Below are positions 1 through 8,954 of a DNA stretch of 64,000 bases, one piece after another (within the stretch, counting starts at the first letter, position 1; every line of letters begins with the position of its first letter). Under the pieces are notes generated by a model. That model saw only the letters and a list, made by a program, of their open reading frames with translations, ran no database searches and had not been told where the DNA came from. The stretch spans positions 6,937 through 70,936 of the forward strand of contig JBKOZJ010000062.1 in the NCBI GenBank assembly GCA_046725875.1. The letters run 5' to 3'. The DNA is from Actinomycetota bacterium. Lineage in GTDB: Bacteria > Actinomycetota > Actinomycetes > JAKEEW01. The translations under genes and the position numbers were made by a program.

Positions 1-495
1 CCGCTGTTCCTGTCCGGATCGGCGAAGAGCACCTCGGGTAAGTGGCGCGCCGCCCCGATGCCGCAGTGGACGGCCGGCAGCGCGGTGACCGCCAACTGGG
101 GCGGATCGACGCTCGCCGTAACCAAGCAGAGCAAGCACCCCGAGGAGGCGGCGGAGCTCGCCATCTGGATGATGCACGACCCTGCGGCGACGAAGCTCTA
201 CACGACCAAACAGTTCCTCTTCCCGGTCTTGAATAACCTGCTCAACAGCCCGGAGTTCGTAAACCAGACCTTCGACTTCTACGGCGGACAGGCGGTCAAC
301 AAGACCTTCGTCGAAGCGGCGAGCCAAGTGGACACCGGCTTCCAGTGGAGCCCGTTCCAGGACTTCGTCTACTCGGCGATGAACGACGAGTTCGGAAAGG
401 CGGTGAGCGGCAAGCAGAGCCTTGTCGACGCCATGCGGGCCGTGCAGTCCAAGACGACCGAGTACGCGAAGTCGCAAGGCTTCACCGTCCAGTAG
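1..495 (+). CDS. ABC transporter substrate-binding protein (sugar type), C-terminal part; 5' end lies outside the window
   Basis: Frame 1 is open from nt 1 to the stop at 493-495. The translated tail (WGGSTLAVTKQSKHPEEAAELAIWMMHDP...YAKSQGFTVQ) resembles family-1 solute-binding proteins. Two permease genes follow directly. Confidence 0.8.
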   Translation, partial: PLFLSGSAKSTSGKWRAAPMPQWTAGSAVTANWGGSTLAVTKQSKHPEEAAELAIWMMHDPAATKLYTTKQFLFPVLNNLLNSPEFVNQTFDFYGGQAVNKTFVEAASQVDTGFQWSPFQDFVYSAMNDEFGKAVSGKQSLVDAMRAVQSKTTEYAKSQGFTVQ

Positions 496-498
496 CCC

Positions 499-1593
499 AT
501 GCAACGACCCAAGCTCGGCTCGGTGTCGGCCACCTCCTCCAGGCGCGGAGGACGGGGCTCTCGGCAGACCGCCGCTGCCGACGCCGACCCGGCGACTCCA
601 CCACCGGCTGTCGCGCTCGTCAAAGCCGGTAGGCCGGTGGCGGAGCCGCCACGGACCGCTCGTCCCGCCCGTCGGCCGGGCCGTCGGGCCTGGGCAATCC
701 GGCGGCAACTCACGCCGTATGTCTTCCTCACCCCGTTCCTCGCACTGTTCGTACTCTTCCTGTTCGTCCCGCTGCTCTACGCGCTTAAGTTGAGCCTTTA
801 CGCCGACCGGCTGGTCGGCGGTGAGGTCTTCGTCGGCCTCGATAACTTCCGGCGCGCGGTCGACGACCCGGCCCTGTGGTCCGGGATCCGCCGGATGGCG
901 CTGTTCGGCGCCATCCAGATACCGGTGATGCTCGGCCTCGCGCTGGTCCTGGCGCTTGTGCTAGACGCCGGCACGGTCCGGTTGCGGCGGCTGTTCCGGC
1001 TCGGATTCTTTCTCCCGTACGCCGTGCCAAGCGTCGTGGCCGCGCTGATGTGGGGCTATCTGTACGGTGGCACGTTCGGGCCGTTCGCGCAGCTCGCCGA
1101 CTACCTCGGCGTTACTGCACCAGGCTTTCTTACCCCGCGGTGGATGCTCGCGTCGATCGCCAACATCGTGACCTGGGAGTACGTCGGATACAACATGATC
1201 ATCATGTACGCGGCATTGCAAGCGGTACCGCGTGAGCTGTACGAGGCGGCGGCCATCGATGGCGCGTCGGGCCGGCAGATAGCCCGGTGGGTAAAGGTTC
1301 CACTGATCGCCCCCGCGCTCGTTCTGACCACAGTGTTCTCCATTATCGGAACGCTGCAGCTCTTCAACGAACCACAGATCATGAGGAGCGTCGCTCCGGA
1401 GGTCATCGGGTCCAGCTACACGCCGAACCTGTATGCGTACTCGCTCGCGTTCCGCAACCAGCAGTTCAACTACTCGGCGGCGATGTCGTTCGTGCTCGGG
1501 GCCGTGGTGTTCGCCGGCTCATACCTCTTCATGTGGTTGGTGTCACGCCGCAGTCGCGAGGCTGGTCCGCTGCCCCGGAGGAGGCGATCGTGA
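499..1593 (+). CDS. carbohydrate ABC transporter permease (MalF/UgpA-like)
   Basis: Multi-TM protein with the binding-protein-dependent permease signature region (YEAAAIDGASGRQIARWVKVPLIAPAL). The start is uncertain: ATG 499 lies 4 nt after the SBP stop, and GTG 637 would remove the Arg/Pro-rich N-terminus. Confidence 0.85.
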   Translation: MQRPKLGSVSATSSRRGGRGSRQTAAADADPATPPPAVALVKAGRPVAEPPRTARPARRPGRRAWAIRRQLTPYVFLTPFLALFVLFLFVPLLYALKLSLYADRLVGGEVFVGLDNFRRAVDDPALWSGIRRMALFGAIQIPVMLGLALVLALVLDAGTVRLRRLFRLGFFLPYAVPSVVAALMWGYLYGGTFGPFAQLADYLGVTAPGFLTPRWMLASIANIVTWEYVGYNMIIMYAALQAVPRELYEAAAIDGASGRQIARWVKVPLIAPALVLTTVFSIIGTLQLFNEPQIMRSVAPEVIGSSYTPNLYAYSLAFRNQQFNYSAAMSFVLGAVVFAGSYLFMWLVSRRSREAGPLPRRRRS

Positions 1594-2474
1594 CCGCGCT
1601 CGCCGAGCAGGCCTCTCCCCAACCACGGACCCGAGCGGGCGGCCGTTCCCTGACCACCCTGGTCTTCGTCGTCCTCCTTGGCTACTTCTTCCTCCCGCTG
1701 TTCTGGCTTGTGGTGGCCGCGACCAAGAGCAATGAGGATCTGCTGTCCAGCTTCGGGCTGTGGTTCACGTCCGATTTCAACCTCGTCGAAAACGTCAAGG
1801 ATGTCTTCACCTACGGCGATGGCGTCTACGTCAGGTGGCTCGCGAACACTGCCTACTATTCGGTCGTCTCCGCGGTGGGCGCCGCGCTCATCGCGAGCAT
1901 CGGCGGCTACACCTTCGCCAAGTTCCGCTTCCGCGGCCGGAACGCGCTCTTCGCGCTCATCCTCGGCTCGATCATGGTGCCGAGCACCGCGCTGGTCATC
2001 CCGACGTACCTGCTGCTCAGCGAGGTCAACCTCACCGACACGCCACTTGCCGTGATCCTGCCCTCGATGCTCAGCCCGTTCGGGCTCTACCTCATGCGGG
2101 TGTACGCGGAGCAGTCGGTACCTGACGAGCTGCTGGACGCGGCGCGGGTCGACGGCGCAGGTGAGGCACGGATCTTCGGCCAGGTGGCCTTCCGCATCCT
2201 CGCACCCGGCTTCGTCACCGTGCTGCTGTTCCAGTTCGTCGCCACCTGGAACAACTACTTCCTGCCGCTGGTCGTGCTGAGTGATCCGCAGTACTACCCG
2301 GTCACGGTCGGTCTGGCTAGCTGGAACGCCCAGGCAAGCGCCGGCGGTGGCGCGAACGTGCTCTTCAGCATCGTCGTCACCGGAGCCCTGCTCGCGACCG
2401 TACCCATCGTGATCGCCTTCCTCTTCCTCCAGCGCTACTGGCGCGGGGGCCTGACCTTCGGCAGCCTCCGATGA
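1590..2474 (+). CDS. carbohydrate ABC transporter permease (MalG-like)
   Basis: GTG 1590 overlaps the upstream stop (GTGA). The EAA-loop-like motif is LLDAARVDGAGEARIFGQVAFRILAP, and there are 6 hydrophobic segments. The 395-aa track ORF is an upstream run-on in the same frame. Confidence 0.88.
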   Translation: MTALAEQASPQPRTRAGGRSLTTLVFVVLLGYFFLPLFWLVVAATKSNEDLLSSFGLWFTSDFNLVENVKDVFTYGDGVYVRWLANTAYYSVVSAVGAALIASIGGYTFAKFRFRGRNALFALILGSIMVPSTALVIPTYLLLSEVNLTDTPLAVILPSMLSPFGLYLMRVYAEQSVPDELLDAARVDGAGEARIFGQVAFRILAPGFVTVLLFQFVATWNNYFLPLVVLSDPQYYPVTVGLASWNAQASAGGGANVLFSIVVTGALLATVPIVIAFLFLQRYWRGGLTFGSLR

Positions 2475-2513
2475 CCCACCCACCTGGACCACCGGCGAAG
2501 GGATGAGACTCCG

Positions 2514-3281
2514 ATGCTCCTGAAGGACAAGATCGTGCTGGTCACGGGCGCCGCCCGTGGCATCGGGCGCGCTATCGCCGAGCGTGTGGTCGAGGAGGGC
2601 GGCCGGGTCGCCGTGGTGGACATCATTGAGGCAGGCGCCGGAGTCGCCGAGGATCTCGCTGGACGCGGCGGGGAAGCGTCATTCGTGCAAGCGGACGTAC
2701 GCCGGGAGCCCGATGTGGCCCGCGCCGTCGGCGCCTGCCTGGACACCTTCGGGACGATAGACGTGCTCGTCAACAACGCCGGTGTGAACGCCTACTTCGA
2801 TGCCACCGACATGACCGAGGCGGACTGGGAGGACTTCTTCGCCGTCGACCTCCGGGCGAGCTGGCTGACCGCAAAGCATGTGCTGCCGCACATGGTGGCC
2901 AACGGTTCCGGCGCAATCGTCAACATCACATCGATCCACGCCCGGCTCACGAGCCCTGGGATGTTCCCCTACGCCGCCGCGAAAGCGGGGCTGGAGGGGC
3001 TGACCCGCAGCCTCGCGCTCGACTACGGACCGGCGAACATTCGCGTCAACGCCGTCGCGCCCGGCTTCACCCGTACCCACCTCGTCGAGGAGTGGCTTGG
3101 ACAGCAGCCCGACCCCGCCGCCGCCGAGCGGGCCGTTCTCGCCCAGCACCCGCTCGGCCGGATTGCCGAGCCCGCCGAGGTCGCCGCGGTCGTCGCATTC
3201 CTCGCGTCCGACCTCGCCAGCGCGATAACAGGCGCCGTCGTCGCCGTCGATTGCGGCCACAGCATCCGCTTCGCCAGCTGA
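2514..3281 (+). CDS. SDR family oxidoreductase
   Basis: N-terminal TGAARGIGRAIA Rossmann motif, NNAG, and YAAAKAG (YxxxK) catalytic motif. Length is 255 aa. Confidence 0.9.
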   Translation: MLLKDKIVLVTGAARGIGRAIAERVVEEGGRVAVVDIIEAGAGVAEDLAGRGGEASFVQADVRREPDVARAVGACLDTFGTIDVLVNNAGVNAYFDATDMTEADWEDFFAVDLRASWLTAKHVLPHMVANGSGAIVNITSIHARLTSPGMFPYAAAKAGLEGLTRSLALDYGPANIRVNAVAPGFTRTHLVEEWLGQQPDPAAAERAVLAQHPLGRIAEPAEVAAVVAFLASDLASAITGAVVAVDCGHSIRFAS

Positions 3282-3299
3282 CCTCGTTGCCAACGGACT

Positions 3300-4682
3300 T
3301 CAGGTCTTGGCCGCGCCGTTCAGTGTGATGCCTTTCGGGGTGATGTCAAATTCCTGCGTACGCGGGTCATGGGCGCTGGCTCGGGTCTTGAGTACGGTAA
3401 GGGCGCGCGTAATGCTGGTGGCGTCGAAGCCCTTGTACTGCAGGAGCACCACATTGTCGACCAGGTGTGGAGCACCGTACTCGGTCAGCCTGGTAACGCC
3501 GTACAGCTCGGGGATCTCATAGGTCATCATGACGCTCACGCCCTGGCGAGAACATCGGTGCAACAGCGAGTAGATGTACTCGCGAAAGCGCAAGGAGTCG
3601 GGCGAGGCCGCCTGCAGGTCGCCAAGACTATCCACGAAGATCCGGTTCGCGCCGACGGCCTCAACGGTATCGAGCAGGTCGTACACCCACTCGTCGACGT
3701 ACAGGTCGACCGGGCTGCGATACATCAGCGTCACATTGTCGTCACGCAATGACCAGCCGAAGGAGTTAACGATGCGCTCGAGTTGGGTCGGGTTCTCCTG
3801 AAGTGTGGCGATTAGGCCGTGATCACCCTGGCGGGCGGCGGAGAACACGAAGTGCAGGCCCATCAGAGTCTTCCCAGCACCTGTGGGACCGGCGATGAGC
3901 GTCGATGCGCCCGGCCAGTAGCCGTCGGCGAGCATGTCATCGAGCGCCTTGATGCCCGAAGAGCCCCGTTCGCGGCCGAGGTTGTAGGTCGCCTCGCTTG
4001 CCGGGTCAGCGAGGCGCGGGTACGCCGCGATGCCGTCTGCCGAGAGCCGGTAGGAGTGGCTCCCGGAGAGGAAGTCGCTCCCGCGAAGCTTAAGGACCTG
4101 CAGCATGCGGGTGCTGCGTTCCGCGGTCTGACTGCCGCCGAGGGCGAGGATCGCATCGACCACCGCGAACTCGGGGGCGACGGCGATCTCGCTCGATTCG
4201 TATTCGCCCACCCAGAGCGAGGTAACCGGGAATGCGGTGACCATGCCAGTCAGCGCATGCAGAAACTGCCGGAACTGGCCATCGTCGCCCGCATATGGGC
4301 GGAGGGCCTTGAAGCTGTCAATGACGATGATGCCGGGCTGGCGCTCCTGAATGAGCTCCCGAACCCGGTCCAGCACCCCAGCTAGCCCTCGGTCGCCGAG
4401 CACCGGGCCGAGTTCGTCGTAAACTACCCGGCTGCCGACGGCGGGCGGGTCGAAGAACGAGAGAGTCTGCCCAAACCGAAGCACCTTCTCGAGCGGTTCA
4501 GAAACCGTGGAGAAGTAGATCGCGGGCCGTTCGGCCCGGGCGTTGGCGTACACGCACTGTTGCGCGAGGATCGTCTTCCCCGACCCAGGTAGGCCGACCA
4601 CCAGGGTGATGGCATTGCGGGGAAGACCGCCGCCCAGGACGGAGTCGAGCCGGGCCGTTCCGGTGGAGATCCAGTCGGTCAT
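3300..4682 (-). CDS. KaiC-like double RecA-domain ATPase
   Basis: Two tandem RecA/KaiC-type domains, each with a Walker A motif (GLPGSGKT and GPTGAGKT) and a Walker B-like hydrophobic-D stretch (IIVIDSF, RIFVDSL). Length is 460 aa. The start overlaps the stop of the upstream gene (ATGA at 4679-4682). Confidence 0.88.
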   Translation of the reverse strand: MTDWISTGTARLDSVLGGGLPRNAITLVVGLPGSGKTILAQQCVYANARAERPAIYFSTVSEPLEKVLRFGQTLSFFDPPAVGSRVVYDELGPVLGDRGLAGVLDRVRELIQERQPGIIVIDSFKALRPYAGDDGQFRQFLHALTGMVTAFPVTSLWVGEYESSEIAVAPEFAVVDAILALGGSQTAERSTRMLQVLKLRGSDFLSGSHSYRLSADGIAAYPRLADPASEATYNLGRERGSSGIKALDDMLADGYWPGASTLIAGPTGAGKTLMGLHFVFSAARQGDHGLIATLQENPTQLERIVNSFGWSLRDDNVTLMYRSPVDLYVDEWVYDLLDTVEAVGANRIFVDSLGDLQAASPDSLRFREYIYSLLHRCSRQGVSVMMTYEIPELYGVTRLTEYGAPHLVDNVVLLQYKGFDATSITRALTVLKTRASAHDPRTQEFDITPKGITLNGAAKT

Positions 4683-5356
4683 CTGGTGATCTCTTCCCGG
4701 TGCTCACGGAGGAATGCACTCTGGCCGAGGAGATCCTGGACGGCCGACACCAGCTGAAGCGGCTCGATCGGCTTGAGCAGAAACGCCGACGCTCCGGCCG
4801 CCATGGCATGGTCGCGGGTGTCAAGGGTCGAAATAGCCAGGACTGGTACGCCGTCACGGTCGGACAGCTGCTGGCACAACTCCAACCCACGTCCGCCGGA
4901 GATCAGCAGATCGATCACGGCCAGATTCGGGCGGTTCTCGACGGTCTTGGAGAGTGCGTCCTCCGCGGTCAGCGCGAGCGCGACGGCGTAGCCCTCGGTG
5001 CGAAGGAAGTACTCAACGAACTCCGCGGCGAATGGATTGGGTTCGGCCAGCAGTATGAGCACGTTCGTGGGACCCGAGTTTGACGGGGAGGGCATGGCCA
5101 GACCGGCGGCGAGCCGCTCCTGAAGGAGGCGGTGCCCGTCCGCCGGAGACAGCCCGGCCGCGACCTGATCGACCAAGAACCGCAGCTGTTCCACCTGGTC
5201 TCGACTGTAGAGCCGGTGACCGCCCGCGCTGCGCTTCGGCACAACAACGGCGTACCGCTCCTGCCACGTGCGCAGCGTCGCCGTAGGGACCCCGAGCATC
5301 TTCGAGACCGCGCCGATGCTGTAAACAGCCCCACCTCGAGATTCGCCAACACCCAT
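4679..5356 (-). CDS. MerR-type HTH fused to a response-regulator receiver (REC) domain
   Basis: The N-terminus (YSIGAVSKMLGVPTATLRTWQERY...GGHRLYSRDQVEQLRFL) is a MerR-family HTH. The C-terminal half has REC hallmarks: LAVIDLL (Asp), ISTL (Thr) and LLKP (Lys-Pro). It is translationally coupled to the KaiC-like gene. Confidence 0.8.
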   Translation of the reverse strand: MGVGESRGGAVYSIGAVSKMLGVPTATLRTWQERYAVVVPKRSAGGHRLYSRDQVEQLRFLVDQVAAGLSPADGHRLLQERLAAGLAMPSPSNSGPTNVLILLAEPNPFAAEFVEYFLRTEGYAVALALTAEDALSKTVENRPNLAVIDLLISGGRGLELCQQLSDRDGVPVLAISTLDTRDHAMAAGASAFLLKPIEPLQLVSAVQDLLGQSAFLREHREEITR

Positions 5357-5361
5357 GTATG

Positions 5362-5384
5362 GATCATAGCGCTCGGCTATGATC
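5362..5384. promoter_or_regulatory. perfect inverted repeat GATCATAGC-N5-GCTATGATC, 6 nt upstream of the MerR/REC start codon; candidate operator
   Basis: The 9-bp arms were read directly from the sequence. Each arm contains a TATGAT/ATCATA hexamer, so it could overlap a -10 element of a short-leader or leaderless transcript. Confidence 0.35.
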
Positions 5385-5408
5385 TACTCACTTCTTGGCC
5401 AATCGCCG

Positions 5409-5437
5409 TTGACTAGGCGGGGATACGCGCATAATCT
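5409..5437 (+). promoter_or_regulatory. candidate housekeeping-sigma promoter TTGACT-N17-TAATCT facing the STAS gene
   Basis: TTGACT is at 5409-5414, the 17-nt spacer follows, and TAATCT is at 5432-5437. The site lies in an AT-richer divergent intergenic region about 120 nt upstream of GTG 5559. Confidence 0.35.
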
Positions 5438-5558
5438 AGCCATTAGTTCGCCAAAGGCTATGCAGTTGTCGACATACAGGCGTCAGGCTCGGGCGGACAC
5501 AGGCTGAAGCGCCTGCAAGTCGAGCAGCCGCTTTATCCTCTCGAAGGAGGCGGGCCTC

Positions 5559-6008
5559 GTGACCGAAGGGCGTGACCCCGATCGGCCGCTGTCGATCAGC
5601 ACTGAACTGCACGACGTGGAGACCGGCCATATCAGGCACGACCCCCGCGCTCCGGTTGCCAAAGGCGATGGTGTCACCCTCTACGAGGATCGGATGCTGC
5701 GCATCCTCCTGTTCGAGAGGCCACTCGTCCTTCGCCTTAGCGGTCAAGCAGATCTATCGCATCGTGGCACCATCGAACAGGCATTGCGACGTACCGAGCC
5801 GGGCGTAGGCGACGTTCTCGTTGATCTCAGCGAGCTCGAGTTCATCGACGTCGGCTGCGTGCGCCAGCTGATCGACCATGCGGGCTTGCTAGCTATCGAC
5901 GGGCGCAGCCTCCGCATTGCGGGCGCGCACCGGCACGTACTCCGCATCTTCCATGTCTGTCTGTGGCCGAAGCCACCACCCAACCTCCGCGTTGAAGACG
6001 GGAGCTGA
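5559..6008 (+). CDS. STAS-domain protein (anti-sigma-factor-antagonist fold)
   Basis: GTG follows the RBS GAAGGAGG. The C-terminal 100 aa (LVLRLSGQADLSHRGTIEQAL...VLVDLSELEFIDVGCVRQLI...LRIAGAHRHVLRIF) follow the SpoIIAA/RsbV-like STAS pattern. Confidence 0.7.
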   Translation: MTEGRDPDRPLSISTELHDVETGHIRHDPRAPVAKGDGVTLYEDRMLRILLFERPLVLRLSGQADLSHRGTIEQALRRTEPGVGDVLVDLSELEFIDVGCVRQLIDHAGLLAIDGRSLRIAGAHRHVLRIFHVCLWPKPPPNLRVEDGS

Positions 6009-6256
6009 CGCGATCTAGTACACGCTCCACGCGCCCACCTGGACGATAGAGGCGACGAGGCTCCCGCGCCCCTGCGGTGACGGTGATCGCCTTGCGCGGT
6101 TCGCCGCCTCCGCCTCCGCGCTTTCGCAAGACCGGCAGGCGCTGATGCCGCCGGTGATCCATCATCTCGATCACCGAGTGTCGGCCTACATGACCGTCGC
6201 AGCGTTGCTACGACGATTAAGGCACCGCCCCTGCGGCGGGAGTACGCTCCGCAGCC

Positions 6257-7660
6257 ATGTCGGTGTTGGCGTCGCAGGGTTCGGATTTTCCGCGCTGGTA
6301 CCAGGATGTGCTGGCGAAAGCGGAGCTCGCCGAGAATGGTCCGGTCCGTGGAACGATGGTTATCCGGCCCTACGCCTATGCGATCTGGGAGCGGATGCAG
6401 AGCGAGGTGGACCAGCGGATCAAGGTGACCGGTGCGGTCAACGCATACTTCCCGCTGTTCATCCCGGAGAGCTACCTCCGTCGCGAGGCCGAACACGTCG
6501 AGGGGTTCAGCCCCGAACTCGCCATCGTCACCTATGGCGGCGGCAAGGAGCTCGACGAACCGATAGTGGTTCGGCCGACCAGCGAGACGGTGATCGGCGA
6601 GTACATGGCCAAGTGGGTGCAAAGCTATCGGGATCTGCCGCTGCTGCTAAACCAGTGGGGGAATGTCGTGCGCTGGGAGCTGCGCCCGCGGCTGTTTCTC
6701 CGCACCAGTGAGTTCCTGTGGCAGGAGGGTCACACGGCACACGCCACCCGTGCGGAGGCGACGGCGTACGCGCGCCGGATCCACCTCGAGGTCTATCAGG
6801 CGTTCATGGTCGATGTCCTCGCTATCCCGATCTTCGTTGGTGTCAAGACCGCCCGGGAGCGGTTTGCCGGCGCGGTCAACACGCTGACCTGCGAGGCGAT
6901 GACGAGGGACGGCAAGGCGCTGCAGATGGCGACCAGTCACGAACTCGGCCAGAACTTCGCGCGAGCGTTCGAGATCTCGTACCTGGCCACCGACGGCCAG
7001 TCGCACCTCGCCTGGACCACCTCCTGGGGTTCGTCGACCCGGATGATCGGTGGATTGATCATGTGTCATGGCGACGACGCCGGCCTGCAGGTACCGCCTC
7101 GGCTCGCGCCGATCCAGGTGGTCGTGCTTCCGGTGCGGGACGAATCCGAGCTGGTGGCGCGTGCTGACACCGTCGCGACCGAACTCCGCGCCGCGGGAGT
7201 GCGGTGCGTGGTGGACGCGGCGCCGCATCGATCCTTCGGCCGGCGCGTCACCGACTGGGAGCTCAAGGGGGTTCCGGCACGAGTCGAGGTCGGACCGCGC
7301 GATCTCGCGGAAGGACAGCTGACGGTCGCGCGGCGAGATACATCAAGCAAGCAGCGGGTGCCGGTGCCTCAGCTCGGCGCCTTCGTCGCCGGCCTGCTAG
7401 ACGACATACAGCGCCGGATGTACGAGGACACGCTGGCCGACCGCGACACGCGTACCGTGGATGTCGCCTCGCTCGGTGAGGCCGCGGAGGCGGGCACGAC
7501 CGGGTTCGCTCGTCTCCCCTGGCGATTGGTGGGCGAGGAAAGCGAGGCCTGGCTCGCCGAGCAGGCACTGAGCGTTCGGTGCATCCAGCACCCCGACGGC
7601 AGCCTCCCCGACGGTTTGGACGACCCCGACCTTGTCTGTCTCATATCACGGGCCTACTAA
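6257..7660 (+). CDS. proS: proline--tRNA ligase, archaeal/eukaryote-like short form (no INS editing domain)
   Basis: The 467-aa protein begins FPRWYQDVLAKAEL...IRPYAYAIWE and contains class-II motifs (FRxE-like WELRPRLFLRTSEFLWQEGHTAH). The anticodon-binding region is followed by a C-terminal domain ending in Tyr (ISRAY). Confidence 0.92.
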   Translation: MSVLASQGSDFPRWYQDVLAKAELAENGPVRGTMVIRPYAYAIWERMQSEVDQRIKVTGAVNAYFPLFIPESYLRREAEHVEGFSPELAIVTYGGGKELDEPIVVRPTSETVIGEYMAKWVQSYRDLPLLLNQWGNVVRWELRPRLFLRTSEFLWQEGHTAHATRAEATAYARRIHLEVYQAFMVDVLAIPIFVGVKTARERFAGAVNTLTCEAMTRDGKALQMATSHELGQNFARAFEISYLATDGQSHLAWTTSWGSSTRMIGGLIMCHGDDAGLQVPPRLAPIQVVVLPVRDESELVARADTVATELRAAGVRCVVDAAPHRSFGRRVTDWELKGVPARVEVGPRDLAEGQLTVARRDTSSKQRVPVPQLGAFVAGLLDDIQRRMYEDTLADRDTRTVDVASLGEAAEAGTTGFARLPWRLVGEESEAWLAEQALSVRCIQHPDGSLPDGLDDPDLVCLISRAY

Positions 7661-7751
7661 CCGGGCCGCTACCTGATCGAGACCTCGGCCATGCGTTGGC
7701 CTTGCATCGTCTGGGCGCGATGGGAACCACTTTGCTCGCTAGCTTCGAACC

Positions 7752-8402
7752 ATGAACAACGCCATGGGGATGGGACGCCTGCCGCTCGATGAGCAGCTGG
7801 ACGCATTGCGCGAAGTGCTGAGCCGCAACTCGATGCTCGTCGAGATCCTCGCCCGGGCCGGGACCTTGAACTTACCGAACTGGTATGTCGTTGCGGGGGC
7901 GATTGTGCAAACGGTGTGGAATGTGGTCACCGACCAGCCGCCGGCCGAAGGCATCAAGGACTACGACCTTGCCTACTTCGACGACTCCGATCTGTCGTGG
8001 CAAGCGGAGGACGCGGCGATCCAGACCGGCCGGACGATGTTCGCCGACGTCCCGCTTCCGGTGGAGATCCGCAACCAGGCCCGGGTGCACCTGTGGTACG
8101 AGGGCAAGTTCGGTGTGCCCTGCCCGCCGCACGCCTCTACCGAGGCAGGCATCGACTCCTTCGAGGCCACGACATGCTGTGTGGGCGTCCGCGTCGAAGC
8201 CGGCAGCCACTGGCGCGTCTATGCGCCACACGGGCTCTCGGATGTGTTCAACCTGGTCGTCCGTCCGAACCCGGCACTGGCCCCGCGCTCCGTCTACGAG
8301 ACGAAGACCAGCCGGTGGCGACGGCAATGGCCGGCGCTGACCATACTGCCCTGGCCCGAAGGTACTCCGGGAGCCGAGCCGGTCCGCGCCATGCTTCAGT
8401 AA
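7752..8402 (+). CDS. nucleotidyltransferase family protein (NTP_transf_6/DUF925-like)
   Basis: The pattern NWYVVAGAIVQTVWNVVT...IKDYDLAYFDDSDLSWQAED is as I recall for this family. Length is 216 aa. This is a recollection only, not a search result. Confidence 0.65.
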   Translation: MNNAMGMGRLPLDEQLDALREVLSRNSMLVEILARAGTLNLPNWYVVAGAIVQTVWNVVTDQPPAEGIKDYDLAYFDDSDLSWQAEDAAIQTGRTMFADVPLPVEIRNQARVHLWYEGKFGVPCPPHASTEAGIDSFEATTCCVGVRVEAGSHWRVYAPHGLSDVFNLVVRPNPALAPRSVYETKTSRWRRQWPALTILPWPEGTPGAEPVRAMLQ

Positions 8403-8521
8403 ATGAATCGCCGGATTGACTCGATCGGATGAGTCGCCCGACCTGGCGCGCCGCCACCGCCGCCACTCGCAGCGCGGCAGATTCGCGCGTTGGTGGGGCC
8501 GATTCGCAAAAGACTATTCGA

Positions 8522-8917
8522 TCAGGCCAGTGCTTCGACGGGCGCGATCACCACCAGGCCCTTCACAGCGTTGGCGAGCTTCACGTCGAGTGTGATGAAC
8601 GCGTCGGCTTGGAGCTGCGTCAGTGCGACGTACTCCGCGTCCAGTGTGTCGGGCCACCCGAGCTGGTCGGCGAGCCTCCAGGCGACGTTCTGGAGGACAC
8701 GATCTCCGAGCAGTCGAACGCGTAGCGAGCGCACATAGTTGAGCTGGCGATCGGCGTCCCCCTTGGTCATCTCACCTTGGCGCACTGCCTGGTAGAGGAG
8801 CGACAGCAGCTGCGAGCGAAGCAGTGTCGGAGCCAGGAGCTGGTGCTCGGCGGGGATCACGGCCTCGTCGTGCGCCAGGCGGAGAGCCACATCCGGACCG
8901 ATCACATACCTCGTCAT
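8522..8917 (-). CDS. PIN-like domain protein (degenerate VapC-like), no cognate antitoxin seen
   Basis: ATG 8917 is preceded by AAGGAGG. The 131-aa protein has a C-terminal YVALTQLQADAFITLDVKLA segment typical of PIN proteins, but the N-terminal acidic residue is not clear. Confidence 0.45.
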   Translation of the reverse strand: MTRYVIGPDVALRLAHDEAVIPAEHQLLAPTLLRSQLLSLLYQAVRQGEMTKGDADRQLNYVRSLRVRLLGDRVLQNVAWRLADQLGWPDTLDAEYVALTQLQADAFITLDVKLANAVKGLVVIAPVEALA

Positions 8918-8954
8918 AGGCGACGCCTCCTTTGCTTCTGGGAGACCGCTTGCC

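Noticed and set aside
4261-4290. GAAACTGCCGGAACTGGCC inside (antisense to) the KaiC-like gene
   Set aside because: It matches only the first 11 nt of the element core. The second and third CTGCC boxes, the hairpin and the tail are missing, so it is probably a chance match.
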